DNA of 64,000 bases from Octopus vulgaris (lineage: Eukaryota), in contig OX597814.1 in assembly GCA_951406725.2 (NCBI GenBank), positions 46,004,001 to 46,068,000 on the forward strand. Reading direction: 5' to 3'. How positions within the stretch are numbered: position 1 is the first letter of the stretch; each line of letters starts with the position of its first letter. Under the pieces are notes generated by a model. That model did not search any database and was not told where the DNA came from. It worked only from the letters and a program-made list of their open reading frames with translations. Below, in pieces: positions 38,938 to 63,129 of the stretch. Position numbers and translations under genes: made by a program.

Positions 38938-39423
38938 GTATATGTATGTATATGTACGTATATGTATATGTACGTATATGTATATATATGTATATGTATG
39001 TATATGTATATATATGTATATATATGTATGCGTATATGTATGTATTTGTATGTATATGTATACGTATATGTATGTATTTGTATGTATATGTATGTATATG
39101 TATGTATATGTATATGTATATGTATATATATGTATTGTACATGTATATATGTATATATATGTATATGTATATGTGTGTATATATATGTATATGTATATAT
39201 ATGTGTATATGTATATATATGTATATGTATATGTATATATATGTATATGTATGTATATGTATATATATATATGTATGTATATGTATATGTATGTATATAT
39301 ATATATATGTATATATATGTATATATATATATATGTATGTATATGTATGTATATATATATATGTATATATATGTATATATATATATATGTATATATATAT
39401 ATGTATGTATATGTATGTGTATA

Positions 39424-39466
<43 letters not shown>

Positions 39467-39744
39467 GTATATATATATATGTATATATATATATGTATAT
39501 ATATATATGTATATATGTATATATATATATGTATATGTATATATATATGTATATATATATATACATGTATATATATATATATTGTATGTATATATATATA
39601 TGTATATATATATATGTATATATATATATGTATATATATATATGTATATGTATATATATATATATGTATATGTATATATATGTATATATATATGTATATG
39701 TATATATATGTATATGTATATATATGTATATATATATATATGTA

Positions 39745-39797
<53 letters not shown>

Positions 39798-39812
39798 GTA
39801 TATATATATATG

Positions 39813-39883
<71 letters not shown>

Positions 39884-40345
39884 GTATATATATATATGTA
39901 TATATATATGTATATATATATATGTATATATGTATATATATATGTATATATGTATATATATATGTATATATATATGTATATATATATATGTATATATATA
40001 TATGTATATATATATATATGTTTATATATATATATGTATATATATATATGTTTATATATATATATGTATATGTATATATATATGTTTATATATATATATG
40101 TTTATATATATATATGTTTATATATATATATGTATATGTATATATATATGTTTATATATATATATGTATATGTATATATATATGTTTATATATATATATG
40201 TTTATATATATATATGTATATGTATATATATATGTTTATATATATATATGTTTATATATGTATATATATATATGTTTATATATGTATGTATATATATGTA
40301 TATATATATATATGTATATATATATGTATGTACATATATGTATGT

Positions 40346-40379
<34 letters not shown>

Positions 40380-40586
40380 GTATATATATGTATGTACATA
40401 TATGTATGTATATATATATATGTATGTACATATATGTATGTATATATATATATGTATGTACATATATGTATGTATATATATATGTATGTACATATATGTA
40501 TATATGTATGTATATATATATGTATGTATATATATGTATATATGTATGTATATATATATGTATGTATATATATGTATATATGTATG

Positions 40587-40626
<40 letters not shown>

Positions 40627-40848
40627 TGTATGTATATATATGTATATATATATGTATACATATGTATGTATATATGTATATATATATGTATACATATGTA
40701 TGTATATATGTATATATATGCATATGTATATATATGTATATATATATGTATACATATGTATGTATATATGTATATATATGCATATATATGTATATATTTG
40801 TATATATTTGTATATATATATGTATATATATTTATATATATGTATATA

Positions 40849-40889
<41 letters not shown>

Positions 40890-40996
40890 TTATGTATATA
40901 TATTTATATATATATATGTATATATATTTATATATATATGTATATATATTTATGTATATATATATATATATATGTATATATATGTATATATGTATT

Positions 40997-41055
<59 letters not shown>

Positions 41056-41071
41056 TTATGTATATATATAT

Positions 41072-41122
<51 letters not shown>

Positions 41123-41145
41123 GTATATATATTTATATATATATG

Positions 41146-41212
<67 letters not shown>

Positions 41213-41245
41213 GTATATATATTTATATATATATATATGTATATA

Positions 41246-41304
<59 letters not shown>

Positions 41305-41305
41305 G

Positions 41306-41338
<33 letters not shown>

Positions 41339-41593
41339 GTATATATGTATGTATATATATATGTATATATATTTGTATATATATTTATATATATATGTAT
41401 ATATATATATGTATATATATATGTATATATATATATATAGATATATGTATATATATATATTTATATATATATGTGTATATATATATGTATATATATATGT
41501 ATATATATATATGTGTATATATATATGTATATATATATATATATGTGTATATATATATGTATATATATATATATATATGTGTATATATATATG

Positions 41594-41628
<35 letters not shown>

Positions 41629-41647
41629 GTATATATATATGTATATA
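38296..41647. repeat. 3.3-kb degenerate (TA)n/(TATG) tract
   Basis: Direct reading. Confidence 0.97.
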
Positions 41648-44222
41648 TTCTCCCTGGAATGACAAGATGTGAACGAGGACAGGCGAGGTCCCTCCTGAAC
41701 CTCATCAACACCCTGTACATGGAGCAGGTAATACTCCAACCAACCAGGGCAGGTAACACACTGGATCTCTGCTTCACAAATGACATGGATCTCATCCATA
41801 ATGTGAAAGTGACACCGACACTACTCTCGGATCACAACATGATAGAGCTGACCATGTACGGGCCAAAAGAGAGCACGGACATGCAGCCTACAAGAAACCT
41901 CAAAATCTTTCCAGCTTGAACTACCATAAGGCAAACTGGAAACAAATTGAGAAAGAGATCCTCAAACAAAACTGGCCTAAATGTCTCTCCTCGCCAGACA
42001 TCGACGTGAAACTTCAACAATTCATATCTGTAATGCAAGCCATATGCTACAAATGTGTCCCAGAGAGAAAGGCCACTGTACACAAGAACAAAATCCCCAG
42101 AGAGAGGAAAATCTTAATGAGACGGCGTACGAAATTTTCAAATCGCCTAAACAAACAGATTGAAAGCAGTGAAAAGTCCCGCCTAAAAATAAAACTGTTG
42201 GAAATCGAAAAATGTCTGCAACTCTCCCATGAAAAAGAAAGAGCAGACAAAGAAGCCTGGGCTATAGAAAACATAAAATCTAACCCCAGAGCTTTCTACA
42301 GGTATGCCAAAGAAACAGCTACAGTGCACTGTAGAATAGGGCCACTCCTCGAAAAGGATGGCACACTTACAGGAAAACCAATGAGGGTAAGTGAAATACT
42401 GAATGAGCAATTCAAGAGTGTTTTCACTCCACCCCTTGGGCATCTCCAAATCACCAATCCAACTGACTTTTTTACCACTGCAGATATAAAATCAGAGGCG
42501 GCGACGATAGATTACATCGATATAAAGGAAGACGATGTAACCAAGGCTATAGATGAAATGAAAACAGACTCAGCTACTGGCCCCGATGGATTCCCGGCAA
42601 TCCTCCTAAAAGCATGTAAGAGAGTCCTAGCAAGACCACTGCAGTTCCTCTTTCAGAGCTTCCTTGCAGCTGGCAAACTTCCAGGAAAACTGAAGGAAGG
42701 TAAAATATGCCCCATTCATAAAGGAGGTAGCAGAGCGGAAGCCAAGAACTATAGACCTATCTCTCTGACCTCACACATCAGCAAGGTCATGGAACGAATA
42801 GTCAGAAGGAAGCTGATCACCTTCCTTGAAGAGAATGACTTGCTGCCCGACACCCAACATGGTTTCCGACCAGGGAGAAGCTGTTTAACTCAGCTCCTAC
42901 AACATTATGACTGGGTGCTGAAACGGCTGCTCAACCACTCAAATGTGGAAGTGATATATCTCGACTTTGCAAAGGCCTTTGATAAAGTCGATCATGGAAT
43001 GATATGTCGCAAACTGCGTGATCTCAACATAGTTGGAAAACTGGGAGAATGGCTTCATGACTTTCTGAAGGATAGAAGTCAGGTGGTAGTAGCCAATGGG
43101 GCCACCTCCATTAACACACAAATAGTGAGCGGTGTTCCGCAGGGCACTGTTCTGGGGCCACTACTTTTCATAATGGCCCTCTCAGACATGCCCTCAGCCA
43201 CACAGAGAGCCACGATCACAAGTTATGCAGATGATACAAAAGTTTCACAGGCAATACAGAACCCTGAGGACACTAAACACCTGCAATGTGAGCTGGACGA
43301 AATATACAAGTGGGCTGAAAAGAATAGCATGCAGTTCAATGCTGGAAAGTTTCAAGCTTTATACTATCAGCATGCAAAACTGAATGCAATACCCAATGAA
43401 TACACTGGACCCGGAGGGATTGCAATCCCAGAGGCACAATCAGTGCGTGACCTGGGTATTCACATGAGTGATGACGCGACCTTTCATGTACATGTTGCTA
43501 AACTGACAATGAAATGTAGACGGCTGGCTGGATGGATTCTTAGAACCTTTAGAACAAGAGAACAAGAAACCATGATGGTCCTCTGGAAGACACTTGTCCT
43601 AAGCCACTTTGACTATTGCTCTCAGCTATGGTCACCATCCAGTGTCAAGTTGATCACAGAACTTGAGGCGATCCAACGAAGCTACACAAAGAAGATAGCC
43701 TCTATGCAGAATGTAAGCTACTGGGAAAGACTCAAGAGATTAAAATTATATTCCCTGGAGCGTAGGCGGGAAAGATATGCCATAATATACATCTGGAAGA
43801 TCCTGGAGGAAGTGTCCTGAACTTTGGCATCGAGAGTTACGCAAATGCCAGAACTGGGCGCCACTGCGTGGTGCCTAGGACTCCAAACCTGCCATCAAGA
43901 TGTAGGACAAGATTCTGTGATAGCCTGGGCTTCCGAGGCCCACAGCTCTTCAATATCCTCCCGAAGAACCTGAGAGACCTGCATGGGGTGGATACAGATG
44001 TCTTTAAAATGAAGCTGGATCTCTTCCTGTCAGGTGTCCCAGATGAACCAACTTCACGGCAGGAGGGGCAGATGAGGGCAGCTGCATCGAACTCTCTCAT
44101 GCACCAAATAGCAGTTGCTAGAAAGCCTCCATGAAGTGAAACCAAGTAGCAACACCAAATGGCGGTGCCCCAGCATGGCCACAGCTCATAAGCTGAAACT
44201 AGAATCAATCAATCAATCAATC
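41648..44222 (+). mobile_element. LINE family A copy 2, 5'-truncated inside the APE domain, 2 frameshifts
   Basis: Near-identical to 34068-36645; 1-nt deletions near 41899 and 43810. Confidence 0.95.
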
Positions 44223-51835
<7,613 letters not shown>

Positions 51836-54800
51836 TACTTTGATACTTTGATACTTTCATAGGTTTCGGCCATTATTGGCCCAGGCCATGTCTAACTTAA
51901 TAGCACCACCTGGTGAAGTCTTTCAAGTCAGAATTTGGGCACTATGGCCCACTCAAGTAGAGAGTTATTGTTTACAGAGTCATATCCGGGTGTAGGGGGT
52001 TTATCCGGGATTTCTTGAAGGAATCTGTCCAAAGACTTCTTGAACCCTATAGGGTCAGTTTCTGTTTTAATGTGTTTTGGTGTAATGTTAAAGAGAGCGG
52101 GGCCAATTGAGGTGAAAGAATTGTGCCGTATTGTTGTTATGAGATGAGAGTGCGATTTTTGTTATGGGCGGATGGCACGGGGCCCAAGCCTTGGATGTAC
52201 CTTAAAGGTGATGCCAACATCATTTGGGCAATGCTGATGGAATATTTTCCACATCATGCAGATGATGTAGCGCTCACGACGACGTTGGAGAGAATAGAGT
52301 TTTAGCTTTTCTAGTCGACCCCAATAGTCGAGGCCTGTCATGCCATCTATCTTTTTTGTGATTGCCCTTTGAGGTGCTTCAACTTTTATGATACCTTGTA
52401 TTGTGTGGGGAGACCACAGTGGACAACAGTATTCAAGGTGGGGTCGGGCAAAAGTGGAGAAGAGAAGGATAATGGTGTGGATATCTCTCGACTGGAAAGT
52501 TCTGAGAATCCAGGAACACATTCTGCGGGCCATGTCAACTTTGGTGTTTATATGAGTGGCCCAGCTTACGTTGTTGTCCACAATTACTCCCAAGTCTCTG
52601 ATGTTGTTGGACGCCGCGAGAGTTTCACCTGAAGGAAGGGAGTATGGGAGTTTCAGGGCATCCTCTTTTCCAAAGTGGATTAGCTCAAATTTATCCTCGT
52701 TCAGCAGCATATTGTTTTTTTCTGCCCATTGGATAACAGCCAGTAGATCTGACTGAAGGCATGTCCGGTCACTCGCCTCATTTATGACCTTCTGTAGCTT
52801 GGAGTCATCTGCAAAGATTTTTATGTTGCTGTGCTTGATGATGTCATTAATGTCATTAATGTAAATGATGAAAAGAAGTGGGCCCAGCACAGTGCCTTGC
52901 GGAACGCCACTACTGACTTTGGCTGGGCTTGATTTTACCCCTTCAACTACAACATGTTGAGATCTGTCTGTCAGGAAACACTTAATCCATTTCAGTAACT
53001 TTCCAGAGACACCAATGTTGGATAGTTTTTTCAATAGGATCTTGTGATCGACCCTGTCGAAGGCCTTACTGAAATCAAGGTAGATGACATCGGTGTTGGA
53101 GCCCTCTCCCAAAGCTCTCAAAATGTCCTCAAAGTGATGCAGGAGCTGCGTTAGGCAGTCCCTTCCATTACGGAACCCATGTTGGTTGGAGATCAGCCGT
53201 CTGTTGCTTTCCAGAAATTGGGTTATTCGAGATCTCACCACCCTCTCAAATACCTTGATGATATGAGAGGTGAGTGAGATCGGACGGTAATTCACTGCAA
53301 GGGACTTGTTTCCCTTTTTGAAAACTGGGACAACAGACTGGGACAGAAGGTTTTTGGAATATAGCCAGCATCCAGTGAGTTTCTCCACAGATTAGCAAGG
53401 GGAGATGCAAGTTGGTGTCGACACACCTTCAGGACACAAGCAGGGAACCTATCGGGGCCTACTGCTGAATTGTGTTTTATTTCGTTTATCGCCGCTAAGA
53501 CATCAGGGGCACTAAACGTTATGTCCGATATAGTGTGTTGGGGGTTGACATCACTGATACAGCCCAGATCGGCCATATCAGGATTGCTGAAAACAGAGCA
53601 GTATTGTTTCTGCAGTATCTCGGCCATGGATTTGGCATTATCTTGGAGAGTGCCAGTTTCGTCAATTAGAGGGCCTACAGTGGAGATAGTGACCCTGCGT
53701 TTCCTCGCAAATGAAAAGAACACTTTGGGGTTGAGTTTGATTTTTTCAATGGCCCACTTCTCCTCAGCTGATCTTTGGTTATTGATGAGGGTCTTCATGC
53801 ATTGTTGGAGGTTATATTTTTTGGATTCAAGCAGTGCGATAGCCGTCGAATGTGTGTGTTGCTGTTGGCAGTACTTTAGTTTGTTAATTTTTTTGTTTGT
53901 TCTTTTTATTTTTCTGATAATGGTTTTTCTGTTTTGGGGGATTCTGCACTTTTTGTTCACAGGTCTTGGTGGGGAGTGTTTTGCACATATGTCTGTGACG
54001 GTGTCTACAAAGATCTGCCAAGATGTTTTATGGTTGGTGGAGATGTGTGTATGTGTAAAGGACCAGTCAACATTTGATAGCTCGTTCCTGATTGCATCCC
54101 AGTTGGCTTTATGGAGATCCATGTTGTCAAATGGGTGGGCTGGAGGAAGGTCACTAGGATTAGCTTTCGGCTGGTGGAATTTCATGTTACAGAGAACCAT
54201 GTCATGGTCTGAAAGAAGGGTTTTTTCCACTGTAACGTTATGTATAGTGTTAGTGTGGTTACTAAACACTAGGTCCAAAATGTTCTGATGTCTTGTTGGT
54301 GCAAGGACAAGTTGGGACAAGAAAAACTCATTCGTAAAGTCGAAAAGTGACTCTGCTGCTTCTTTGTCAGCGGTTGAGGCGGGAGTGCTTGGTTTCAAAC
54401 AGTTTGTAGTCCAGTCAACACAGGGTAGATTGAAGTCTCCCATCATGAGTATGTTGCTAGAATGGCACTGTTGAATAAAGCACTTAATGCTGTTGAGGCA
54501 TTCTTTAAAGCACAGTATGGGTGTTTGGGGTGGCCTATAGAACCCAATTACTGTCAGGTCATTGGCTTTGTTGTGCACGGTGACTGATTCACAGTAGCCG
54601 TTGGAGAATATACTATTTCCATCTGCCGTAAATGAATCATGCAGGAAAATGGCAGTTCCACCCTTCCTCCTGCCGATACGATCCGCGCAGATGGTTGTGA
54701 AATTCTTCACTCTCACTTCGGCTTCCAAGTGGGAGTTGTCAAGGTGGGTCTCAGTGAGAATGAAGAAAGGGATGTGGTGTGAATGGTTACCAACCCAGTC

Positions 54801-55172
54801 TTCAATGAATTGGACCTTCCATTTTTGTGCATTGATGGAAGCGCTGACACCTTGTGCATTGAGTAGGAATGTGGAGGTTAGTGTAGTGGCTGGTTTTGAC
54901 TGTTGCAGGGGGCTTGGATTTTTTGTGTGTGTTAGTGGCAGCAATGTGGGGAATTGGTGCACTGGGGTAATAGCATAGGATGGTGTTGAGTGATGGCTAG
55001 AATGTTTTTGTGTATCTCTTTTGCCATGTTCAACATGGCTAAAAAAGAATTTTCCTGCTTAGGGAGCAGTTTTTGGCTGGAGGTGTGGTTGCACTGTTGG
55101 ATAGGGTTGTAGTTTCCTCTTTTGTTGTTGTTGTTTTTGGTGTCTTCCTGAAAAGACTGGACCAGCATTACT
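51836..55172 (-). mobile_element. CR1-group LINE family C (ORF1 tail; APE-RT ORF2 with one frameshift and a premature stop; (TATCAAAG)n tail)
   Basis: ORFs 53292-54962 (ILTETHL, GDFNLP, SDHD) and 52162-53388 (DFSKAFDRV, QGTVLGP, FADD); TAA at 52162 where the paralog at 24922 has AAA. Confidence 0.94.
55040..55046 (-). promoter_or_regulatory. Candidate -1 frameshift slippery site U UUU UUA (LINE C)
   Basis: ORF1 tct ttt tta; the ORF2 frame opens after TAA at 55059-55061; followed by the hairpin GCCATGT-TGA-ACATGGC. Confidence 0.6.
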
Positions 55173-56499
<1,327 letters not shown>

Positions 56500-59400
56500 T
56501 ATGCAAATTCTTCCGGAATGGAACCTGCTGGCATGGAGAAACAGGGGAAGGATGCAGGTTCGCTCATCCCAGGCCCTATGGAAATTGCATCAAACCCACT
56601 CGACCAAAATGCCTTAACCAAAACCAAGACCGAAACCAAAACCAGAACAAATACAAGCTGCCCCAGAAATATGCAGACATAGTGCGTAATGCCCCAACAA
56701 GGAGAAGGCGCACATTTGCAGAGGAAATGCAGACGGCGGCAGCAGAACAAAGAAATTTTGTGGAAATAGCAGAGAAAATTGTGGGACAACTGGCCTGGAT
56801 ACATCGTCTTCAGAGCCAGGGGCACTCACAACAGCACTCAAGACCACCACAATCAAGGGACCCAGGGTGGCCACCGCTGACACCAGCCCAGGTGCCACAC
56901 CGTCAGCCTTTATTGACACCCCGGGTGTCTCACCAGTGCTTCTGCTGAATGTCAGAGGTATGGTGAAACCCACTAATATGAGTAAAATTCCTTACCTTAG
57001 GGACTTAAGCACAAGCAACCATGCAATATGCATAGCGCTGACTGAAACGCACCTGTCAAGCAGTATAGCAGATGCAGAAATACACGTACCAAAGTATACT
57101 GTTTTTCGGTCAGACAGGAAGGAAAGAACTCATGGTGGGGTTGCCCTGTACGTCCGTGAAGATGTCACACCCATAGTACTGTTGACACACTCAAACTCAG
57201 TCTGTGACACACTGATAGTACACATGAAACAACCGAAAATAGTAATATGTGTCACATATCGGCCACCAGACACCCCTAGTCATGAAGGAGTGTTTGAAGA
57301 TAGCCTCAGAAGAATAGAAGAAGTCCTGGACAAACTGGACCAGGGTAACACCATTCTACTGCTGGGAGATTTTAACCTTCCGAAAGTCAAATGGCCAGAT
57401 GGCCATCTCCTCCCTGGAATGACATCACTTGAACAGAGACAGACAGAGTCCTTGTTGGCTCTCACACGCAAGTTCTTCATGGAACAAGCAGTGCTTCGGC
57501 CAACAAGAGCTGAGAATGTCTTGGACCTCTGTTTCACAAGCAACCCGATGCTCATCCACAACATAATGGTAACACCAACAATTCTCTCAGATCACAACTT
57601 AGTAGAGGTAATGATATATGGTATGAGAGAGTTAGTTGAGACGCAGCCATTAGAAAATACCACAGGCCTATCCAGTCTAAACTTCCATAAGGCAAACTGG
57701 AAGAAGATCAACGAAGAGATCCGAAAACATGACTGGAGTGACTTCATCACCACACAAGACACCAACACACATTTCCAACATTTCATGACAACAATACAGA
57801 ACATATGCCATAAGTTTGTCCCGGAGAAAAAAGCCAGCGGGCATAGGAATGTTATTCCCAGAGACAGGAAAATACTTATGAGGCGAAGAGCTAAGCTCTC
57901 GAAGCAACTGAATGCACGGCAGAGAAACAATGAGGGACTCCACCTGAAACTTTTTGAAACGGAAACTGCACTCAAACTTTCCTATGAGAAGGAGAGGGCA
58001 GAGAGAGAAGCCAGGGCCATAGAGAATATTAAAACAAACCCTAAAGCCTTCTTTAAATTTGCGAAAGAAACCACCTCGGTACACTGCAAGATTGGCCCAC
58101 TCTTTGATAAAAAGGGCTCTCTAACTGAGGACCCCCAAGGGATAAGTGAAATACTAAAGGAACAGTATAAAAGTGTGTTCACATCCCCTCTGGGGCACAT
58201 GCAAATCACAAACCCAGAAGTTTTCTTTGATGCCACAACACTCCAAAACCAAACAACAACCATCGACCACATAGACATAACAGAGAGGGATGTAATATCT
58301 GCCATAGAAGAAATGAGAATAAACTCAGCTGCTGGACCAGATGGATTCCCAGCAGTCCTCCTAAAAACATGCAGGCATGCCCTAGCGGGACCACTGAAGA
58401 GGCTCTTCAGTGGTTCCTTGGCTAACGGTAAACTGCCCAGGGCACTAAAAGAAGGCACCATATGCCCTATCCACAAAGGAGGGAGTAGAGCAGAGGCCAA
58501 AAACTACAGGCCAGTCTCCCTGACGTCACACATAAGTAAGGTCATGGAACGAATCATCAGAAAAAAACTGATCACGTTCCTCGAAGAAACTAACCGTCTC
58601 ACTGACACACAGCATGGCTTTCGCCCAGGAAGAAGCTGCCTTACGCAGCTGTTACAACACTACGACTGGGTACTGAAACAACTACTGGATCGCTCACAGG
58701 TGGATGTGGTATATCTCGACTTTGCGAAGGCCTTTGACAAAGTCGACCACGGAGTGATATGTCACAAATTACTCAGACTCGGCATAACAGGAAAAGTAGG
58801 TGAGTGGATACATGACTTCCTGAAGGACAGAAGCCAGATGGTTGCAGCCAATGGAGCCCTCTCGGGAAAGACACCGATAGCAAGCGGGGTGCCACAGGGC
58901 ACAGTCTTGGGACCCTTGCTGTTTTTGGTGGCGCTCTCTGACATGCCCTTGGTAGCACAAACAACATCCCTCACTAGCTATGCTGATGACACAAAGGTAG
59001 CACAGGCAATCAAAAACCCAGCTGATGCTGACCTTTTACAACAAGATCTGGATGCCATATACAAATGGGCTGAAGACAACAACATGCAATTTAATGCTGG
59101 TAAATTTCAAGCCTTACAATATCAAGCTGTAAACACATATACATTACAACACAACTATACTGGTCCAGGAGGGATCGAAATCCCAGTATCGAAATCAATA
59201 CGGGACCTGGGGATAGACATGAGTGACGATGCATCTTTTTCTTCACACATCGCAAAGGTGGCGACAATGTGCAGACGACTCACTGGCTGGATCATGAGGA
59301 CATTCCGGACAAGAGACTGCGAGACCATGTTGACACTATGGAGGACATTTGTCCTAAGCCGCCTGGACTACTGCTCCCAACTGTGGTCACCGCATAGTGT

Positions 59401-59761
59401 CAAACTAACCACAGAGCTTGAGACAATCCAAAGACATTTCACCAAGAGGATTTCCACCATGAAAGAAAAGAACTATTGGGAGAGGCTTAGGGAACTCAAT
59501 TTGTACTCCTTGGAACGAAGACGAGAGAGATATGCAGTGATATACATATGGAAAATCCTGGAGGGACTAGCACCAAATTTTGGAATTGAGAGCTGTTCCA
59601 ATCCCCGTACAGGACGTCACTGTGTGGTGCCAAAGGTCCCGTCTTCCACATCCAGGGTAAGGAGCAGATACTGTAATAGCCTGGGGTTCAGGGGCCCTCA
59701 GCTGTTCAACAAACTGCCAAGAAAACTAAGAGATCTACATGATGCGGATGTGGACATTTTC
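56500..59761 (+). mobile_element. LINE family B copy 2 (CCCH ORF1 part; ORF2 open but 3' end missing)
   Basis: Near-identical to the reverse complement of ~7095-10334; joined directly to an A-type LINE. Confidence 0.95.
56753..56759 (+). promoter_or_regulatory. Candidate -1 frameshift slippery site A AAU UUU (LINE B; also 10095-10101 on the minus strand)
   Basis: ORF1 aga aat ttt gtg; the -1 frame is stop-free into the APE domain with no ATG before LLLNVRG. Confidence 0.6.
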
Positions 59762-59770
59762 GGTGTGTGA
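56867..59770 (+). CDS. LINE B ORF2 (APE + RT), C-terminally truncated
   Basis: 967-aa ORF with the APE and RT motifs. Confidence 0.92.
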   Translation: MATADTSPGATPSAFIDTPGVSPVLLLNVRGMVKPTNMSKIPYLRDLSTSNHAICIALTETHLSSSIADAEIHVPKYTVFRSDRKERTHGGVALYVREDVTPIVLLTHSNSVCDTLIVHMKQPKIVICVTYRPPDTPSHEGVFEDSLRRIEEVLDKLDQGNTILLLGDFNLPKVKWPDGHLLPGMTSLEQRQTESLLALTRKFFMEQAVLRPTRAENVLDLCFTSNPMLIHNIMVTPTILSDHNLVEVMIYGMRELVETQPLENTTGLSSLNFHKANWKKINEEIRKHDWSDFITTQDTNTHFQHFMTTIQNICHKFVPEKKASGHRNVIPRDRKILMRRRAKLSKQLNARQRNNEGLHLKLFETETALKLSYEKERAEREARAIENIKTNPKAFFKFAKETTSVHCKIGPLFDKKGSLTEDPQGISEILKEQYKSVFTSPLGHMQITNPEVFFDATTLQNQTTTIDHIDITERDVISAIEEMRINSAAGPDGFPAVLLKTCRHALAGPLKRLFSGSLANGKLPRALKEGTICPIHKGGSRAEAKNYRPVSLTSHISKVMERIIRKKLITFLEETNRLTDTQHGFRPGRSCLTQLLQHYDWVLKQLLDRSQVDVVYLDFAKAFDKVDHGVICHKLLRLGITGKVGEWIHDFLKDRSQMVAANGALSGKTPIASGVPQGTVLGPLLFLVALSDMPLVAQTTSLTSYADDTKVAQAIKNPADADLLQQDLDAIYKWAEDNNMQFNAGKFQALQYQAVNTYTLQHNYTGPGGIEIPVSKSIRDLGIDMSDDASFSSHIAKVATMCRRLTGWIMRTFRTRDCETMLTLWRTFVLSRLDYCSQLWSPHSVKLTTELETIQRHFTKRISTMKEKNYWERLRELNLYSLERRRERYAVIYIWKILEGLAPNFGIESCSNPRTGRHCVVPKVPSSTSRVRSRYCNSLGFRGPQLFNKLPRKLRDLHDADVDIFGV

Positions 59771-62700
59771 CACACTAATTGTACATATAAGGCAGCTTGA
59801 TATAGTTGTGTGTGCTATATATCGCCCTCTAGATGCCCCAAGCCATGTAGGCAAGTTTAAAGACTGCCTTATAAAAATAGAAGAAATTCTAATCACATTA
59901 AAACAACACATGGGAGACTTCAATCTACCCAACGTCAGATGGCCCGAGGGCCTTGCTCTCCCAGGAATGACAAGATGTGAACGAGTACACGCCAGGTCCC
60001 TTCTGAACCTCATCAACACCCTGTACATGGAGCAAGTAATACTCCAACCAACCAGGGCAGGTAACACACTGGATCTCTGCTTCACAAATAATATGGATCT
60101 CATCTATAATGTGAAAGTGACACCGACACTAGTCTCGGATCACAAAATGGTAGAGCTGACCATGTATGGGCCAAAAGAAAGCACAGACATGCAGCCTACA
60201 AGAAACCCTCAGAATCTTTCCAGCATGAACTACCATAAGGCAAACTGGAAACAAATTGAGAAAGAGATCCTCAAACAAAACTGGCCTGAATGTCTCTCCT
60301 CACCAGACATTGACATGAAACTTCAAGAATTCATGTCTGTAATGCAAGCCATATGCTACAAATGTGTCCCAGAGAGAAAGGCCACTGTACACAAGAACAA
60401 AATCCCCAGAGAGAGGAAAATTTTAATGAGACGGCGTACAAAAATTTCAGATCGACTAAACAAACGAATTGAAAGCAGTGAAAAGTCCCGCCTGAAAATA
60501 AAACTGTTGGAAATTGAAAATTGTCTGCAACTCTCCCATGAGAAGGAAAGAGCCAAGAGCAGGAATGACAAGATGTGAACGAGTACACGCCAGGTCCCTT
60601 CTGAACCTCATCAACACCCTGTACATGGAGCAAGTAATACTCCAACCAACCAGGGCAGGTAACACACTGGATCTCTGCTTCACAAATAATATGGATCTCA
60701 TCTATAATGTGAAAGTGACACCGACACTAGTCTCGGATCACAAAATGGTAGAGCTGACCATGTATGGGCCAAAAGAAAGCACAGACATGCAGCCTACAAG
60801 AAACCCTCAGAATCTTTCCAGCATGAACTACCATAAGGCAAACTGGAAACAAATTGAGAAAGAGATCCTCAAACAAAACTGGCCTGAATGTCTCTCCTCA
60901 CCAGACATTGACATGAAACTTCAAGAATTCATGTCTGTAATGCAAGCCATATGCTACAAATGTGTCCCAGAGAGAAAGGCCACTGTACACAAGAACAAAA
61001 TCCCCAGAGAGAGGAAAATTTTAATGAGACGGCGTACAAAAATTTCAGATCGACTAAACAAACGAATTGAAAGCAGTGAAAAGTCCCGCCTGAAAATAAA
61101 ACTGTTGGAAATTGAAAATTGTCTGCAACTCTCCCATGAGAAGGAAAGAGCAGACAAAGAAGCCTGGGCTATAGACAACATAAAAACTAACCCCAGAGCT
61201 TTCTACAGGTATGCCAAAGAAACAGCTACGGTGCACTGTAGGATAGGGCCACTCCTTGAAAAGGATGGCACACTCACAGGAAAACCAATGAGGGTAAGTG
61301 AAATACTGAATGAACAATTCAAGAGTGTTTTCACTCCACCCCTTGGGCATTTCCAAATCAGCAATCCAACTGACTTCTTTACCACTGCAGATATAGAATC
61401 AGAGGCGGCGACCATAAATTACATCGATATAAAGGAAGACGATGTAATAAAGGCTATAGATGAAATGAAAACAGACTCAGCTATTGGCCCCGATGGATTC
61501 CCGGCAATCCTCCTAAAAGTATGTAAGGGAGTCCTAGCAAGACCACTGCAGTTCCTATTTCAGAGCTTCCTTGCAGCTGGCAAACTTCCAAGAAAACTGA
61601 AGGAAGGTAAAATATGCCCTATTCATAAAGGAGGTAGCAGAGCGGAGGCCAAGAACTACAGACCTATCTCTCTGACCTCACACATCAGCAAGGTCATGGA
61701 ACGAATAGTCAGAAGGAAACTAATCACCTTCCTTGAAGAAAATGACTTGCTGCCTGACACCCAACATGGTTTCCGACCAGGAAGAAGCTGCTTAACTCAG
61801 CTCCTGCAGCACTATGACTGGGTGCTGAAACAACTGCTCAACCACTCAAATGTGGAAGTGATATATCTCGACTTCGCAAAGGCCTTCGATAAAGTCGATC
61901 ATGGAATGATATGTCACAAACTGCGTGATCTTGAAATAGTTGGAAAACTAGGAGAATGGCTTCATGACTTTCTGAAGAATAGAAGTCAGGTGGTAGCAGC
62001 CAATGGGGCCACTTCCATTAGCACGCAAATAGTGAGCGGTGTTCCACAGGGCACTGTTCTGGGACCACTACTGTTCATAATGGCCCTCTCACACATGCCC
62101 TCAGCCACGCGGAGAGCCACGATCACAAGTTATGCAGATGATACAAAAGTTTCACAGGCAATACAGAACCCTGAAGACACTAAGCACCTGCAATGTGAGC
62201 TGGACGAAATATACAAGTGGGCTGAAAAGAATAGCATGCAGTTCAATGCTGGAAAGTTTCAAGCTTTATACTATCAGCATGCAAAACTGAATGCAATACC
62301 CAATGAATACACTGGACCCGGAGGATTGCAATCCCAGAGACACAATCAGTGCGTGACCTGGGTATTCACATGAGTGATGACGTGACCTTTCATGTACATG
62401 TTGCTAAACTGACAATGAAATGTAGACGGCTGGCTGGATGGATTCTTAGAACCTTTAGAACAAGAGAACAAGAAACCATGATGGTCCTCTGGAAGACACT
62501 TGTCCTAAGCCACTTTGACTATTGCTCTCAGCTATGGTCACCATCCAGTGTCAAGTTGATCACAGAACTTGAGGCGATCCAACGAAGCTACACGAAGAAG
62601 ATAGCCTCTGTACAGCATACGAGCTACTGGGAGAGACTCAAGAGATTAAAGCTCTATTCCCTGGAGCGTAGGCGAGAAAGATATGCCATAATATATATCT

Positions 62701-63129
62701 GGAAGATCCTGGAAGGTCTTGTCCCAGACTTTGGCATCGAGAGTCACACAAATGCCAGAACCGGACGCCACTGCGTAGTACCAAGGACTCCAAATTTGCC
62801 ATCAAGATGTAGGACAAGATATTGTGATAGCCTGGGCTTCAGAGGCCCACGGCTCTTCAATATCCTCCCAAAGAACCTGAGGGACCTGCATGGTGTAGAT
62901 GCGGATGTCTTTAAAGTAGGCCTGGATCTCTTCCTGTCAGGTGTCCCGGATGAACCAACTTCACGGCAGGAGGTGCAGATGAGGGCAGCTGCATCGAACT
63001 CTCTCATGCATCAGATGGCGTTTGCTAAAAAGCATCCGTGAGGTAAAACCGTGTAGCAAACCAAATGGCGGTGCCCCAGCATGGCCACAGCTCATTAGCT
63101 GAAACTGGAAAAATCAAAATCAAAAAATC
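59760..63129 (+). mobile_element. LINE A-related subfamily (A'), 5'-truncated, internal ~592-bp tandem duplication, (AAAATC)n tail
   Basis: ORFs 59739-60578, 60514-62373 and 62349-63041; 59962-60553 repeated at 60560-61151. Confidence 0.93.
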
